A stretch of DNA of 64,000 bases from Ginglymostoma cirratum (GCA_024137785.1 JAHRHZ010000018.1:35442166-35506165), one strand, 5' to 3'. Positions 13,611-26,922 are shown, counted from the stretch's first letter. The notes: a model not told the origin generated them from the letters alone. Program-made: numbers and translations.

Positions 13611-14674
13611 GTGCCATGTTGTCATTTTTGCATTCTGCAAATGTTTATAGCAACTAACAAATTAATTAGTATGAACAAGAAGTGCTGCAAACAGACAGCA
13701 GATCGGTTAACATTTTTGAAAGAGAGAAGACAGATGGTTCAGGTGCCGACCTTTCATTGGAACCGCGTGTAATAATATTTTTGTGTAACCTAAATGTAAC
13801 ATAAATAACTTACATAATATCCATTTAGTTGAAGTGGGTTTAATTGCAGTTAAACTAGTGTATAAAGTGCAGAGTGATCTTCCAATACAACTTGTGCTTT
13901 GAGTGCTATGTGCAGACAGCCTGTAGTCATGTAATAACATCTGGGTACTTGGCTCATTTGCATATTGAGTTTTTAATAGGAAATCACCCTAAAGCTGGTT
14001 ATGTAACATCAGGGTCTGAGGAACTGTTTATATCTGGAAAGTAAATTTCCTGTCATCTCCACAGGTGCTGATAAACTTATTATATGTTTTTAACATTTTG
14101 TTTCAGATTTCCACTATCTGCCACATTTTGCTTTTTGAAGTAAGGTTCTCTTGTTTGTAGCTTGTATATTATGCACAGGACATATAATGTTCTCTATTTG
14201 TTAATCCCTTAGATTAATTGGACTTGTCATAAATTTCTTTACCAAAGGACTCCTGTCATACTTTTGGAGGGGGTGTTGGGTAGTAATTGCTATTTCCTAA
14301 ATGAATATGTAGCAACAAATCTCATCTTAATAGTACACATTGACAGAGCAGTAGATTACCTTCTAAGCTTGGAATTTGTTTGGGGCCATCAATAAAAATG
14401 ACTAATTTGATTATTGACCAGTTCTGCTCTTGCATTTTTCTAGTGATTATTATACAAGTAATAATTGAATTTAGAGAAGGGAAAGATTAGGCTGCAATTT
14501 TCCCCTTCCTCAAGCAATGAACAATTTACAATGAATAATTTACAGATAGATAGGAAGACTACAATTTATGCACATTTCAAATGGAAAAATAAATATAATA
14601 GTTCAAATCCAACAAATTTGAGATCGATACTACTTTTAGCCTTTGAGCAACATTTCAAAGGAGGTTATGTATTT

Positions 14675-15070
14675 AGAATCATAGAAATTCTAGCACAGCA
14701 GGAGGTCATTTGGCCCATCATTTCTGTGTTGGTGTTAGGGCCTCAACTCTATTTATCTACTTGAATCCTATTTCCTCCCCCTTCCCAAATCCTTTTATAT
14801 TTCTTTTAAAATACTTATCCAGTTACATTAAAATGTTGCAACACTCACTGTCTTAATTGCAGCTTGTGGTAAGAACTTCCATCCTAACAATATTCTTGTG
14901 GACAAAATCTCTAATAACTTCTTCCTACATTCTCCGAATGATAATCTTCTGTCTGTGACCCTTTGTTACCAATTCACTGGCCAGTGGAAACAATCCAACA
15001 TTGTTTACCTTCTCAAAACCTTTTTGTAATGTTGAAAATCACTATTGCATTTCCCTTTAATCTTTTATAC
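14675..15070 (-). mobile_element. CR1 LINE 3' fragment
   Basis: AGAATCATAGAAATTCTAGCACAGCAGGAGGTCATTTGGCCCATC is the reverse complement of a typical CR1 3' end. Confidence 0.6.
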
Positions 15071-15899
15071 TGAATTATTTCTCTCCTTGCTTATCTTACC
15101 ATGAGTCTGATGCCGCGAATGATTGGGAAATAATACTGGTTTTCAGCTGAATCTTGAAGTGTTTACTTTTTGCTGTTTATAGTTTAATGGGCACAATAGT
15201 GTTGTCCTGCATGAATGAATATCAGTGTTGTGTGCTAGGTCTCCACGACAGATGATACCTCTTATCTCCTGTGATTTAGAATTTAAAAGCCAGTGAAGCT
15301 CAACAATTTTATATTCTGATTTAAATGGGCTGAAAATGGTACTGTATTTAAATTTCAAAACTAAAACAAATGTAAATGATGCAGTGCTGTTTATGCATAT
15401 CAGGTGAAACCACAAGTCTGCTTTTCAACTCTATTCATTTGATATGAGGTTTCAAAACTAAAACTTAGTAGATGAACAGGATTAGATATTTTTAAATGAA
15501 GTTAGCAGCATTGGATTGCAATAATTGGATTGAAAAGACCTCTACCCTAGATTACAATATGCAAATTAATCTGATAGATTCTTATAAGATAATAATCTTC
15601 ATCATATTGACAATGTATGCCTCCTTTATCCATTAGTTTTGATATTATATGTTAAAATGACTAATGATTGCAATCATTTGTAATTATTGAAAATGGTGAA
15701 ACCTCATTTATTGGCTTAATTAGAATAACATGCACAAAGCTCCCACTTCAAAGTAGTTTACAAATAACAAACTATCTTGCAGGAATAAATTTGGCTCTTG
15801 TTGGTAAAGTATATTTCAGAATGAATATTGGATTCAGAAATGTGTGATCTACTCTTGAGAGCTGCATGGCTGAGAGAACTTAGTGTTGAAGAAAGGAAG

Positions 15900-16460
15900 A
15901 GCTTAAAATTTGACATCTTCAGGGTTTTCCAAAGAACTTCAGAACCAATGAATTGCATTTGAAGTGTTTTCTTCCTGGAAAAATGGAGCTGCCAATTTGT
16001 GCATGGTCATGTTTCATGCAAACAAGAATGAAGTAAGTGACCTGTTAGCCTATTTTGTGGCTGTTGATTGAGAGATAAGTATTTGTAAAGATCCATCCTG
16101 CTCTTCTTCAAACAGTGTCTCGAGATCACTTCAAGGAATAGAATTGTCTCCCTCATGGCACTGTGGGTCAAGCAGGTGGAAGGCAGCGGTTCAAGAGGGC
16201 AGTTCAGCACCACCTTCTCAGGGGCAGCTAGGGATGGGCAATAAATGCTGGCCAGCTAGTGATGCCCACATCCCACAAATGAATAAAAAAAGTCTTCTCA
16301 ATTCAGTTGGACATGCAGCTGTGTCTTCAAATTAACATTTTCCTCAGAGATAATGGTTTTGACAGCTAGGACAGCAGTCCCCCTGTCCTAGACTACCTTT
16401 TAAGCCTGTGTTGCATGAAGTCTCTGGAGGGAGGCTTGATCCTATAGGTCAGACTTTCAA
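15900..16460 (-). mobile_element. Degenerate Deu-domain SINE (SacSINE1-like) interrupted by a CR1-type 3' fragment (about 16175-16291)
   Basis: Reverse complement matches the body of the element at 55227-55680 (GCTGCCAATTTGTGCA, CCTGCTCTTCTTCAAACAGTG). Confidence 0.55.
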
Positions 16461-16837
16461 AGTGGGATCAGGAACCTGAAACCCAGACAAATTCCAGATT
16501 CCAAACTCCTGCTTCATGCAATGCTATTTTTGAACGTAAATGCCCTAATTGGACAGGAGATGGGCCTATCTGTCTGGCGCAAGTGACAAGGGTAGCAGTT
16601 ACCTTTCAAACAGTTTCTCCTTTGCAGAAGACAGTAGGTAGGTGCCAAGACATCCAGTGGAATAAATGCAAAAGACTGAGGGTTACTTGGCCAAACTGAG
16701 TGAATTCACATAATATGCACAATATCTGAGCCAGGCACAATAGTTTTCAACACTAAGATTTTTTAATTTTGCTTGTTCTGACCAACAAAATAAGCACTTG
16801 AAAATAATTTATCTGTATTGTTTGTATCAGTGGCAAA

Positions 16838-17150
16838 GTAGCTGGGAAAAGAGACATGTTGTTGAAGCTTGTAATTGAATTCCTTTGAACAGATTTACGT
16901 GACTACCAGTTCGGAAAAGGGAGCTGATTGGTTGGCCAGTGTACTCTGATTGAGGTATTGCCATGGTGATGCACCAGGGAACAGGCTTGTCGCAAGCGTT
17001 TGTTTAACTTCAGCTCAGGCATTAGAAATTGTTGTTTCCTTTTGAATGTTGGTATTCTTGTGATTTTTGTCCTGATGAATGGTAGAAGAAAAGCCTCAAC
17101 AGCAAGTCTCTTTTTACAGCAAAACTCTTACTACACATGACTATTTATCT
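16838..17150 (+). mobile_element. Penelope-like terminal fragment, family B, with inverted ends and a decayed hammerhead motif (17068-17101)
   Basis: Left end GCTGGGAAAAGAGACATGTTGTTGAAGCTT is the reverse complement of right end AAGCCTCAACAGCAAGTCTCTTTTTACAGC. Contains TGTC-CTGATGA-...-GAAA-AGCC-TC-AACA. Confidence 0.6.
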
Positions 17151-18734
17151 ATGTTATTTGGCAGCCCTTGTTTCCCTTCAAATATGGGTTGTTTGGAACA
17201 CAGAAAACACATATGAGGCATGCATTTCGCTGAGTGCTTTACATCCCAGAGCAACCCCCATCCATCCCATCTCTCTTACTGGAACTGGAAGGTTTGGTTG
17301 AGGTTTAAGGTTTTTTTTTATGTTCTTTCTTCCCACCTGACCAAATCATTTTTCTCATGTTTGAGAATCAAAAGCCACATCCTACCCCTGTGCTAATGTT
17401 GCAAATGGATTGAGTGTGGAGAAATTGGAAATGTAGTTTTCTTCACCAGCAGCTGAAACCCAAAGGCTGATGTATGTGTTCCTCAAATACATTGAAGCCA
17501 TTTTCATTGGCTATATTTCCTATGACGTACACAGCTTAAATTGCTGCTTCGCCGTCGCAGTCTTTCCTTTTAAGGACATCACCAGGCAACAAATGTGAGA
17601 TTTTCAATATATTGTGACCCTTTGTAAATAGATTTAATATTTTTCACTTGTATTGGCTTAATTGATACATTTATTTTACTTTGAAACAGTAAATAAGTAA
17701 TCATGAAGTCAAGGCAGTAGAGAGTGATTTGATTAACAGTTAGTGACAGTTAATAAATCAGCAATAATCATTTGAGCATTATGGTGTCTTTGTATGTTGC
17801 AGCAGTTATCACTTCATCTTCAGTTACATTGTATGTAAAGTATTTTTTAAATTTTAACCTTCCCGTTGACATAGAAAATTAAGTTTATGTGTTAAATAAC
17901 TATTATCCAATGAGGAAAAATTATTCCTTTAATTGCTGTCTGTTTACCCTTCATTTAGCTATTGTAAATGTTTGTCAAGCATTCTCTTTCTTTTGTCAAA
18001 ACATTTGATAGTTCATTTAACTACTCAGTTTGCTGCAAAATCTGTCTTCTCTTTAGAAGTCATGGGCAAATGATGTTTGTGTGAATTTGTAGTTCTCCAA
18101 TATTGACTGACTTCTATTATATTGTTCTTATCTAATTGCTAGAATGAAAATGTTTTCAAAGGGCTTTTTAACTGTTTAATTTGCCGAATGGATTTAACAG
18201 AGAATAGAATCAGTGATAGCACCAGTGATAGGTGGAGGCATCAGAGAGATGCACTGTCCCACCATTGAATTTAAAGGACAGAATAGAGATAGCGTGCTTT
18301 AGGAGCAAAGAAATGGACGAAAACAAAAGTTAATGGGAGAAATAATATTGTAATTAATTTTACCCAATTAAGTAAAAATGAACGTTAACTAGATGCTCAT
18401 TGTAGATCTTGGTAAATTAATATTAAAATATAGGTATTCAGAAACTAGTGTTATGCATAGTTCTCAGGTAGAAATCAGAGTGAAAGTATCTCCTGGGGAG
18501 CTTGGTTTAACATCCAACGCTAAACTGTTCAAATAAACTAGACTACAGTTTAGATCTGATCATGTAGCACTGGATATAAATGATGTAACACTTCGTATTT
18601 TGTATTAATACTAATCTCGTTTCTTTAAATGCCTTTTGTGCTGCGTTTAATGTATCGCTTTGCCATCTGGTTTTCACTACAGGGGCAAGCCTTGGATTTT
18701 CCTTAAAATAATAACATTAAACTGGGTAGATAAA

Positions 18735-19025
18735 TAGAAACAATTTCCTCTGCTGGGGTATTCCAAAACACGTGGTATGATCTTAAAATTAAAGTTAAGC
18801 ATTTTATGGTGAAATCTGAAAGCCATTTTTCATGCGAAGTGTGGTGAGTAGCTGGATCACTTCCCAAAAGGCTGTGAATGCTGTGTCAGTTGAAAGAGCC
18901 AAAATAGATTTGTGTTGGGTGTGAATGTGAAAGGACATGAAATAAAGGCAGGTGAATGGAGTTAAGGTCGAAATGAAATAGGGTCTTGTTTTTGAAAGGC
19001 CTGCTCCTGTTCTAATCTTCCTATT
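18735..19025 (+). mobile_element. Decayed CR1 LINE 3' fragment
   Basis: CAATTTCCTCTGCTGGGG...CTTAAAATTAAAG...AAGGCTGTGAATGCTG...AAGGCCTGCTCCTGTTCT resembles the CR1 ORF2 end and 3' UTR. Confidence 0.55.
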
Positions 19026-19388
19026 TTCAGAGATTAAGGAAAGATACTGCACATACTATACATGTAAAATCAGAGCTGGAAATGCTCAGCAGATCAGGAA
19101 ACAGCTTTGTGGAGAGAAGGGCATTTAATGTTGCCAATTGATGTCCTTTCATTACAACTAGAAATATTTAGCGATTGAATGGGTTTCCAGCAGTTGAAAA
19201 GGCAGAGCAAGAGAGATTGCAGGCTTTGGGGGATGGCAGCGAGGACAAAAGGAACAGTGTAGGATTGGATAGAGGACAGAATGATCAGATGACAAACAGG
19301 AGGATGGCACAAAGCCAAAGGGCTTGTTAGTGGGGCAAATAAAGAACTAAAAAGTGTACAGAGGAGACATACAGAAGAAAAAGCAGAA

Positions 19389-19909
19389 TCACAACAACAC
19401 TAGGAACTGCAGATGCTGGAGAATCTGAGATAAAACGTTGTGGAGCTGGATGANNNNNNNNNNNNNNNNNNNNNNNNNNNNNNNNNNNNNNNNNNNNNNN
19501 NNNNNNNNNNNNNNNNNNNNNNNNNNNNNNNNNNNNNNNNNNNNNNNNNNNNNNNNNNNNNNNNNNNNNNNNNNNNNNNNNNNNNNNNNNNNNNNNNNNN
19601 NNNNNNNNNNNNNNNNNNNNNNNNNNNNNNNNNNNNNNNNNNNNNNNNNNNNNNNNNNNNNNNNNNNNNNNNNNNNNNNNNNNNNNNNNNNNNNNNNNNN
19701 NNNNNNNNNNNNNNNNNNNNNNNNNNNNNNNNNNNNNNNNNNNNNNNNNNNNNNNNNNNNNNNNNNNNNNNNNNNNNNNNNNNNNNNNNNNNNNNNNNNN
19801 NNNNNNNNNNNNNNNNNNNNNNNNNNNNNNNNNNNNNNNNNNNNNNNNNNNNNGCTTGGCCTGCTGTGCTCATCCAGCTCCACAACGTTTTATCTCACTA
19901 CAACAGTAG
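19389..19909. mobile_element. Young Penelope-like insertion (family A) with inverted termini spanning a 400-N gap (19454-19853)
   Basis: GAGATAAAACGTTGTGGAGCTGGATGA left of the gap is the exact reverse complement of TCATCCAGCTCCACAACGTTTTATCTC right of it. Flanked by a 13/15 direct repeat TCACAACAACACTAG / TCACTACAACAGTAG. Confidence 0.75.
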
Positions 19910-20470
19910 CTATTCAAAAACAACAAAAAGGCTATGTAAGTTTCGATCTGAAAATGTTGAAATCGAGAAGGCTGTAAGGTTCCTAACCCGCTAAAAGATG
20001 TTGATGCCTCTGTGGGCCAGATTGGCTGATTGACCAAACAACATGTTTTATTGTTCATAATAGGCAGAGTACTGACCATGCACACTAGTGTGCACTTGTA
20101 AAACCTAGAACAAAACATCTACTGCTGGATGTAATTTCTCAATTGGGTAGCCCTTGTTGAACAAGCTGAGCGTGATGATAACTGTACTAATAACCAATGT
20201 AAAATAATTAGTCAGACTTGCAATGTAACTCACATAGGCTTGTTAAAAGCAACATACATTCGTATGCAGGGATCCGATCTCAGCAAGCTAAGGTTATTGT
20301 TCAAGTATTGTGTCCCTTTGAATGAATTACTGGGGAACTTGGTGAGCTGATAATTTCCTGTACTCCATCGCAGTGCCGTGGTCAATCAGCGTTAACTTGC
20401 CAGCTAATCAGCACCCTCGAGTCTAGTGGTTTGAGTTGTTATGATTATTTGAAGTTTGGCATTCTTGCCT

Positions 20471-20506
20471 TTGTCCTGATCAGTGCAAGACGAAAAGCTT
20501 CGGCAA
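20471..20506 (+). ncRNA. Minimal type I hammerhead ribozyme motif (family B) with a G8-to-C core mutation
   Basis: TTGTC-CTGATCA-GT(GCAAG)AC-GAAA-AGCT-TC-GGCAA: stem I TTGTC/GGCAA, short stem II, palindromic AGCT in helix III, UUC cleavage triplet. Confidence 0.65.
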
Positions 20507-23500
20507 CATGTCTCTCTTTTCAGCAACATTCAAGTTCTGTACTGCCAAGCGAACGATGAGCTTCATTGGAAGAGTGTAGGAGGCCAAGGAAAGATAAGTC
20601 AGAGTGGGAGTGAGGCGCAGAATTAAATGGCTGGAAACCCGGGGTCATGCTTTTGGACTGAATGGTCGAACCCATGGTAAGTCAGATTCTAGTGAGGCAG
20701 CGAAAGAATGTGCTTAATGAATTAAAAAGTATTTTCTTTATCCATGATTTTCTTTTCACATACAACAAAATGCATAGTTATTGAAAGTGCTAAATAATTG
20801 TAAATAAATTAATGATGTAAGATGTAGAATTACTTTCCATGTCAAATTACTGCATGATTTTAAAAAAGAATATTCTCTTGTTACATTTTCTTTTCAAATC
20901 ATATAAATGAAGCATTGTCAGGATTTGCTTGGCGTGGGGTATGTCCTGAATTCAGGATCATGTGCAGGTTCTGTGTCTGCACTGGTGGGCAATGGGACCA
21001 TAGCTGCAACCTTTTTGGTGGCACTTTTAAATTTCCAATAAGGGCGATGAGCAAGCTCTTCAAGCTTCCATCCCAATCACAGAGCCTCTGAGAGAGAGAG
21101 AGATGGCTGTTGCCTAGGCTGCAGGGAGAACAAGAAAGTACCTCCATTTTGAGGAGCCCTCATTGTGGAGGTAAAATCTCTGTTCCATTGGTGGGGAAGT
21201 TTAGTCATTCACTTGGACTGATCTGAACAGGGAAGAAAGGACCAATTCCTGTTGCTGTCCATTTTTTTGTCAATCAGCTTTTTTCTGGAATCAACCAAAG
21301 CTATAATGATAATATTGATACAGATATATTGATTTGCTGTGCATTTTATGGAAAATAAAAGTGCCAACCTTTGCAGAAACAAGCTAGAAAACATCTGGAG
21401 TTAGTGCTTTGAAATCATGTGGTAAATTATGTTTTACTGTCCTTTTCTTGGCCTATCTATCAAAGTACAGTTGCATTTTTAAAACAGCCCCTGAAATGTA
21501 GTGCCAAAGTATAAAGGTATTGGGCTACGGAGTGATGTTGCTACTTCCTCTTTTGATAAACTCTCAATTTTTCTTGCTCCATTTTGGATCAGGCACTAAA
21601 GCTTTTCCCATATGAGGAGAATATGTTTTTTTTTGCCACCATATGAACCTGGAACACTCTTTTATTCACCTTTTTCTGTCACAGCACAGAAGTTGTAATG
21701 GGAAAGATTTAATTGCCTGTCTTCTTGGTAGGTAGTTGATATATGATGTGGCGCAGAAAGAGAAAGGAGAATATTTGAGGGAAAGGATCCAAGAAGAAAG
21801 GGAAGGCGGGAACGCAGTCATTTTTTTTTTCAAAGCAAGGGCTTAGAAAAATGATGTATTCGTCTTCGAATTTTGTTAACCATTTACAATCTATGAATGT
21901 TGTTTAGGCCACATGGGATGGTTGTCCACAGCTTGCTTGCGATTGCTGCCAAGCTAGCATCCTTTAAGAAGTTATTAATTATCGAGTACAATGTACAGTG
22001 GGTGTGTTGAGATTAATCACTGATGCTGGAGTGACTTGCTGAAATGCATTTTAGTTTCATCTTTCGTCAGCTTGTAATGGGTTTTCCTATGCACCAGCAG
22101 GTGAACAGGTGCATAGCTGCTGCTTTTTCAATTTTACTTTTAGATGGCACCAAACCATTCAGCAAAGAACAGGAACCTCCCTGTCTGTCAGGTGCCACTA
22201 AAATGATTTTCGATGAAGTGTCAGGCTACTGAATGCTGGATGCAAAAATTGGTTTGCATTATCTTAATATAGTCTGGAGCTTGCCCTGAGGTTGTTCAAT
22301 GTTCTGCCTTTACTGTTGCTGCTCGCCTGAAATTTTCCATGGCTCCGAGCCAAATCAAGGTGGAATTCTCCTCCATGTCTCTGAATGGGAGGCTTTTAAT
22401 TATTTGCCAGGATGGATTGACTTTGTACTGTTTTGCACACTGCTATTTTTCTGCAACAGAGGGAGAAACTATGCTGACAGAAAACAGCAGAGGAGGCAGC
22501 TATTTCAGTACAAAACAAAAAGTAAGCTTCTTTCACATTAAATTTGAGAGGATAAAATTATAAATAATTTCCGTTCTTGTCCTTTGACTTTGTTTCTCAC
22601 TCCTCCATCCGGCCACCAAGCAGCGGTCAGTACTCAGGATGAAAGATTTTGAAGGTGATCCATTGCCAGCCTTCTATCAATGTCATACATGGGATGAATG
22701 AGAGTGACCTGGCTTCTTTCTGACTACTTGAATAATAATTTTCTCTTTCTCTACTGAGAAGACAGCAAGAGGAGGTTGAATTTGACTTCTGGCTGCCTAA
22801 CAAACAGAGTGAGTTGGCTAATTGCCTACCCATGGTGATGAGACAGCCAAGATTCTAAGGCCCTGGCTACATTTGTATCTGGCTGCCAAGCTGTAGGGGT
22901 GCCAAATGGGTAACTCGCTGAAAAAAGGCAGGATAACATTGGGCCATCCCTGCCAATCACGAGTTAAATGTGAAGGATGGTTACAAGTATAGGGGGAGGT
23001 GTAGTGTACAAGGTCGACAGTGGCCCGATTAGTTTTGAGAAACTCAGAGCAGTGCTCCTGCTTCACAAAAATTGTCTTAAGCTCAGCTCTCATTTGACTT
23101 TTTAATGACCCCAACTCAGGTGGATCCAATGAGAGCGTGCGCAGTGTTCCTTTATATGGTAATCCATGTCTTCAGACTTAAGTTTACACATTGAAGACTG
23201 TATGCAATCTAAGACAGGCATGTGATTTGGGTGCTGAATACTTGATCCCTTTCAAAATGGCCCAGGCCACAGCTTTGTTAATGAGCCGCAAAGTCCTCAA
23301 TCCCATTTTGTAGCCATTACTACCCTCTTAATGCTAGGTTCAAGTCAAAATTGCCCAGAAAGAAAGTGAAAATGACATGTTTCTATGCATTGCGTGGTCT
23401 CTGGAAATTCAGTGTATCTGCCAAATGGAAACTAGTGGTTGTTGTTTTGCCAGTTTGAAGTGATGATGGAGGTTCAAAGCTTTTTCCAGTTTAGAGAAGC

Positions 23501-24687
23501 AGTTGAATTTGGTGGTATTGTATGTGGGAGCACTGGTATGTAGCACCATCAAGTGGAACCGTGCAGAGTCAGTTTCACACTCCTGACTTGTAAGTTTTCC
23601 ATTACCCTACATGGAAAAAGGAACCCTGGAAGAAGTGAGCTCACTGGCCTGCTGACTTGTGCCACTTCATAGCTTATTAAGGAGGCCATTTGTAGGGGAA
23701 TGCAAGAATGTGATCCACCTGTCCCGTTTGCCATTGGAGACATGTCGTTCAAAAGGATTTGCCAGGGGAATTCAAGAGGAAAGATTTAGTAGTATCCATC
23801 ATTAAATACATACAAATGAAACAGATGTTTGGAAAGTAATGCTGAGGTGAATAGCAATACAGAATGCTTCTCGTGATGAAAGAGTCAAATTCATAAGAGA
23901 ATATTTTCCAAAATTTAGAAAATAGTAAACTTTTTTTTTCAGAGTTTTTTTGTGACTTTACTCCGTTACCATAGCTATATAATCTTGCAGAAATAAAACT
24001 GGGGTTTGATGAACTGGATAAAAAGTAAAAGTTGAGAAACAATGTACAAATAAAAAGAAAATGTGAAACAATTGGAAAGATTTATGTGAAAGTTTAATAT
24101 CTTATTTGTGGCAGAGGGATGAAGTTTAATAATTCTGATTGAACCTGACAAGAAAATACTTATTTCAGACAGATGAGCGCTGAGAACCATATCTGGCATA
24201 CTGGCTCAGTGAGTTATAGAGCTGTTGAACAGAGGGGGTTACTATAGCTGTTGAACAGAGGGAACTGGATTAACCTGCACAGTTATATTGGCAAAATCAC
24301 TCATATAATCTGTATTAATGAGTGCGTTGATGATAGTGTAACGGGAATCTATGACATTGCTAGTTTACATTATCACTAAGTATTTTTAAGATTTAAAGTT
24401 AGGTGGCATTATATGGTGAACTTTCGGATTATTTGCAAAAATTCAGATATCAATACAAGACAATGTATCTAGTATATATTTTCGGGATTATAAACAAGTT
24501 AGCACCTTTAAGTTATTTTGGAGCCAGATTCCTACATGATTCAAGTTGCGTTTAACATCAGTGTTTTCATAATTTTCAGTGAGTAGGTAGTCTAGAGCAT
24601 TTGTGGTATTTTTTCACAATCAAAAATGGATTAAAACCTGATGACCTTTTGTTGATAATGCAGGACAATATTACACATTTAATAATA

Positions 24688-24740
24688 TCACCCTGCACCA
24701 AGACCAGAAATCCTTGATATTGGATGCTCTTCATAAAATA
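24688..24740 (-). CDS. Terminal coding exon of the minus-strand gene: (L)FYEEHPISRISGLGAG*
   Basis: Acceptor ttcacttttcaacag|TA. The phase 1 start matches the upstream exon. Open to TGA, with ATTAAA at 24683-24678 just downstream. Confidence 0.65.
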
Positions 24741-25921
24741 CTGTTGAAAAGTGAACTGCAAAAGTGTATACACAACGAAATGAAATAGCATATGCTTTGA
24801 AAACAACAGATACCAAGAGTGAGTTCAAAGCTGTAATTAAATCTTGGAAGTTCAGAATTCCGTTGTGAATGAATCAAGGGATCTCCTACTGTGCTCTGTG
24901 TCACCAGAACCCCTCAATTCAATTGTATCCTTGCAACTTTTTTTCTGGGTTTCCATTGGTCTTTATCTCAGATGATTTCACAACTTTAATGATCATGTAG
25001 CATATGATGTATCCCAAGAAAAAGTTTTTTTTTGGTTCACATTCTGATAATGCACAAAAATAGAGAAGCATAGTAAGAATTTGGATTTTTGTATATGTCA
25101 ATTATGTCTGTGAATATGATGGTGATAAAATTTGCATGTAAGTGACATCTTTATCCAAGTATTCCACATGTTACACCTCACACCCTGAGCAGTAATATTA
25201 AGTGAAGTACAGTACATTATGCTGTGCAACTATGTTTAATGTAACATAAACATTTAGACACTAGTCGACAAATGGAAATCTGCCTCTGCATCTGCTGGCA
25301 AGCTGCTTACTGTAGTCAGCAGCTGAGCATGTTTAGCTCTTGCTGTTGCAAGCAGGGTTCATCCTAAATAATAGTGCAGATTTTTTTCTCCTTTAGGGAC
25401 ATGGAAAGCTTGAATCCAGCAGAGTGTGGCTTTTATTGCACAAATGTTAGAGGAAAAGTCTTAAATCATTGCTTCGATGTGTTAGCATCATCACAGTGCG
25501 CTCATTTAACTTGCACTGTGAAAATTTCGACAGAGCGTGTGCCCAGAAGAAAAGGAGGGGAATGGGGTAAAAGGGAGAATGTCGGGTGCTGATATTAAAA
25601 CAGTGAACTATTTCACAGTCACCTTTGTTTGTAACTACATTATTTTCATATTTTTGTTAGTCATTATGATTAGCAAAGCCCTTCCTTGTTTCCAGCATTG
25701 CTCAACAGGGGAGCTGTAAGTAGTAGAGTCTTAAATGGAATGGAAAGTTATGTTGATGGAATGTTTTAGCTATCCTTAGTGCAAAATTTATTTTAAAAAA
25801 AAACAGTAGAATGTGGGCCATAAGCCAGTCGAGTGTAAATGTTAACTTCATAGTCATTATAAGTCTGCATAGCACTAGATTTTCAACACTTTTCCTCTTT
25901 TTCTCCCTTCTTACTTTTTCA

Positions 25922-26250
25922 GCTTGCCTCAGTTTGTAGCACCTGTCTCTGTGTCAAAAAGGCCGTTGGTTTAATTCCTACAGAACAACGGTGTTCTCCA
26001 TTGTCGACGATGTCGTTCTTCACATGAGTCAGTAAAGTGAATCTTATCTGTCTCCACTGATGGTACTGGTGTGTTAAAGAGATCCCATGGCAGTATTTTC
26101 AGGGGAGCAGGTTGTTTTCCTGGTGTTCAGGCCAGTGTTCACCTCTCAAAAATACACGGACAAGTCATGCATGTAATTTACGATTTGCAGGGCCTTGCTG
26201 TGTATGCATTGGTTGCTTCACTTACCTGCAACAACAAAAGATCCCATTTT
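25922..26250 (+). mobile_element. Degenerate Deu-domain SINE
   Basis: tRNA-like head CTCAGTTTGTAGCAC and Deu core GATCCCATGGCAGTATTTTC...GAGCAGG...CCTGGTGTTCAGGCCA. Confidence 0.6.
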
Positions 26251-26529
26251 GTGTGAAGCCTTTCATGACTTCAGGGTGTCCCAAAGTGCTTTAAAACTAT
26301 TGGAGTACTTTTATTGGATAGAAAATTACAAAAGTGATGGCACTACAAAAAAACTGTTTATTTGATATCAGATTCTTCAGGCGTTCTTGGAAATGATCAA
26401 GCATTAAATAAACACTTTTTTTATGTTATAAGATATCAATCTACTTTTCCTTTTTCTTATAAATAGGACAAATCCAGTACTTTATGAATTGGGTGCAGGG
26501 TAACAGCACGCTATCCCATGGAGACTTAC

Positions 26530-26702
26530 AATTGGCCTGCTGGTACAAACCTGGTCGAGAGACCTCTGCCAGAACAGTGAGGCCTAAGGCCCACACAACA
26601 TCAACTCTGTCCTCAAACACAACAGGCCCGTGAAACATTGACTGGATATTCTCAAGTGAATTGCTGATGAGCTGTATTTGAATTGGGACTTCTGTGTTGC
26701 CA
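26530..26702 (-). CDS. Internal exon of the minus-strand gene: (S)GNTEVPIQIQLISNSLENIQSMFHGPVVFEDRVDVVWALGLTVLAEVSRPGLYQQAN
   Basis: Acceptor aatccag|T, donor AATT|gtaagt. 173 nt, phase 2 to phase 1, open. Encodes a hydrophobic C-terminal helix after a VD motif. Confidence 0.8.
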
Positions 26703-26922
26703 CTGGATTTAATGTGATTCAGAGAAGGGAAATCGGCATTCAGGAAAGTGGAATGATCTGGTAGAGGGTGACCAGGAAAGGAAGATTGAAGACGGGCTGA
26801 TTTTGAAAAAAGGAGTGATCGAGGAAGGTGATAAAGTTGGCAATCAGGTGGGTAGGGGGAGAGGTGTGAAAGATCTGATAGAAATGGAAGCACTGGCCTA
26901 GATTTTGTTGTGAGCTGTTCAC

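Larger units (their letters stand above)
19070..20670 (-). mobile_element. Older Penelope-like element fragment, split by nested younger insertions
   Basis: Begins GCTGGAAATGCTCAGCAGATCAGG...TGTGGAGAGA, a typical shark PLE terminus. It resumes at about 19910-19995 and 20555-20670 (GAGCTTCATTGGAAGAGTGTAGGAGGCCAAGG...AGAGTGGGAGTG). Confidence 0.55.

Noticed and set aside
14014-14045. Additional hammerhead motif (CTGAGGA...GGAAAG) in an old PLE-like end at about 14000-14140
   Set aside because: Stem II and the cleavage site are too decayed to support a ribozyme call.
19389-19994. Long ORFs of 160-184 aa (also those at 5801-6134)
   Set aside because: Artefacts of translating through N gaps.
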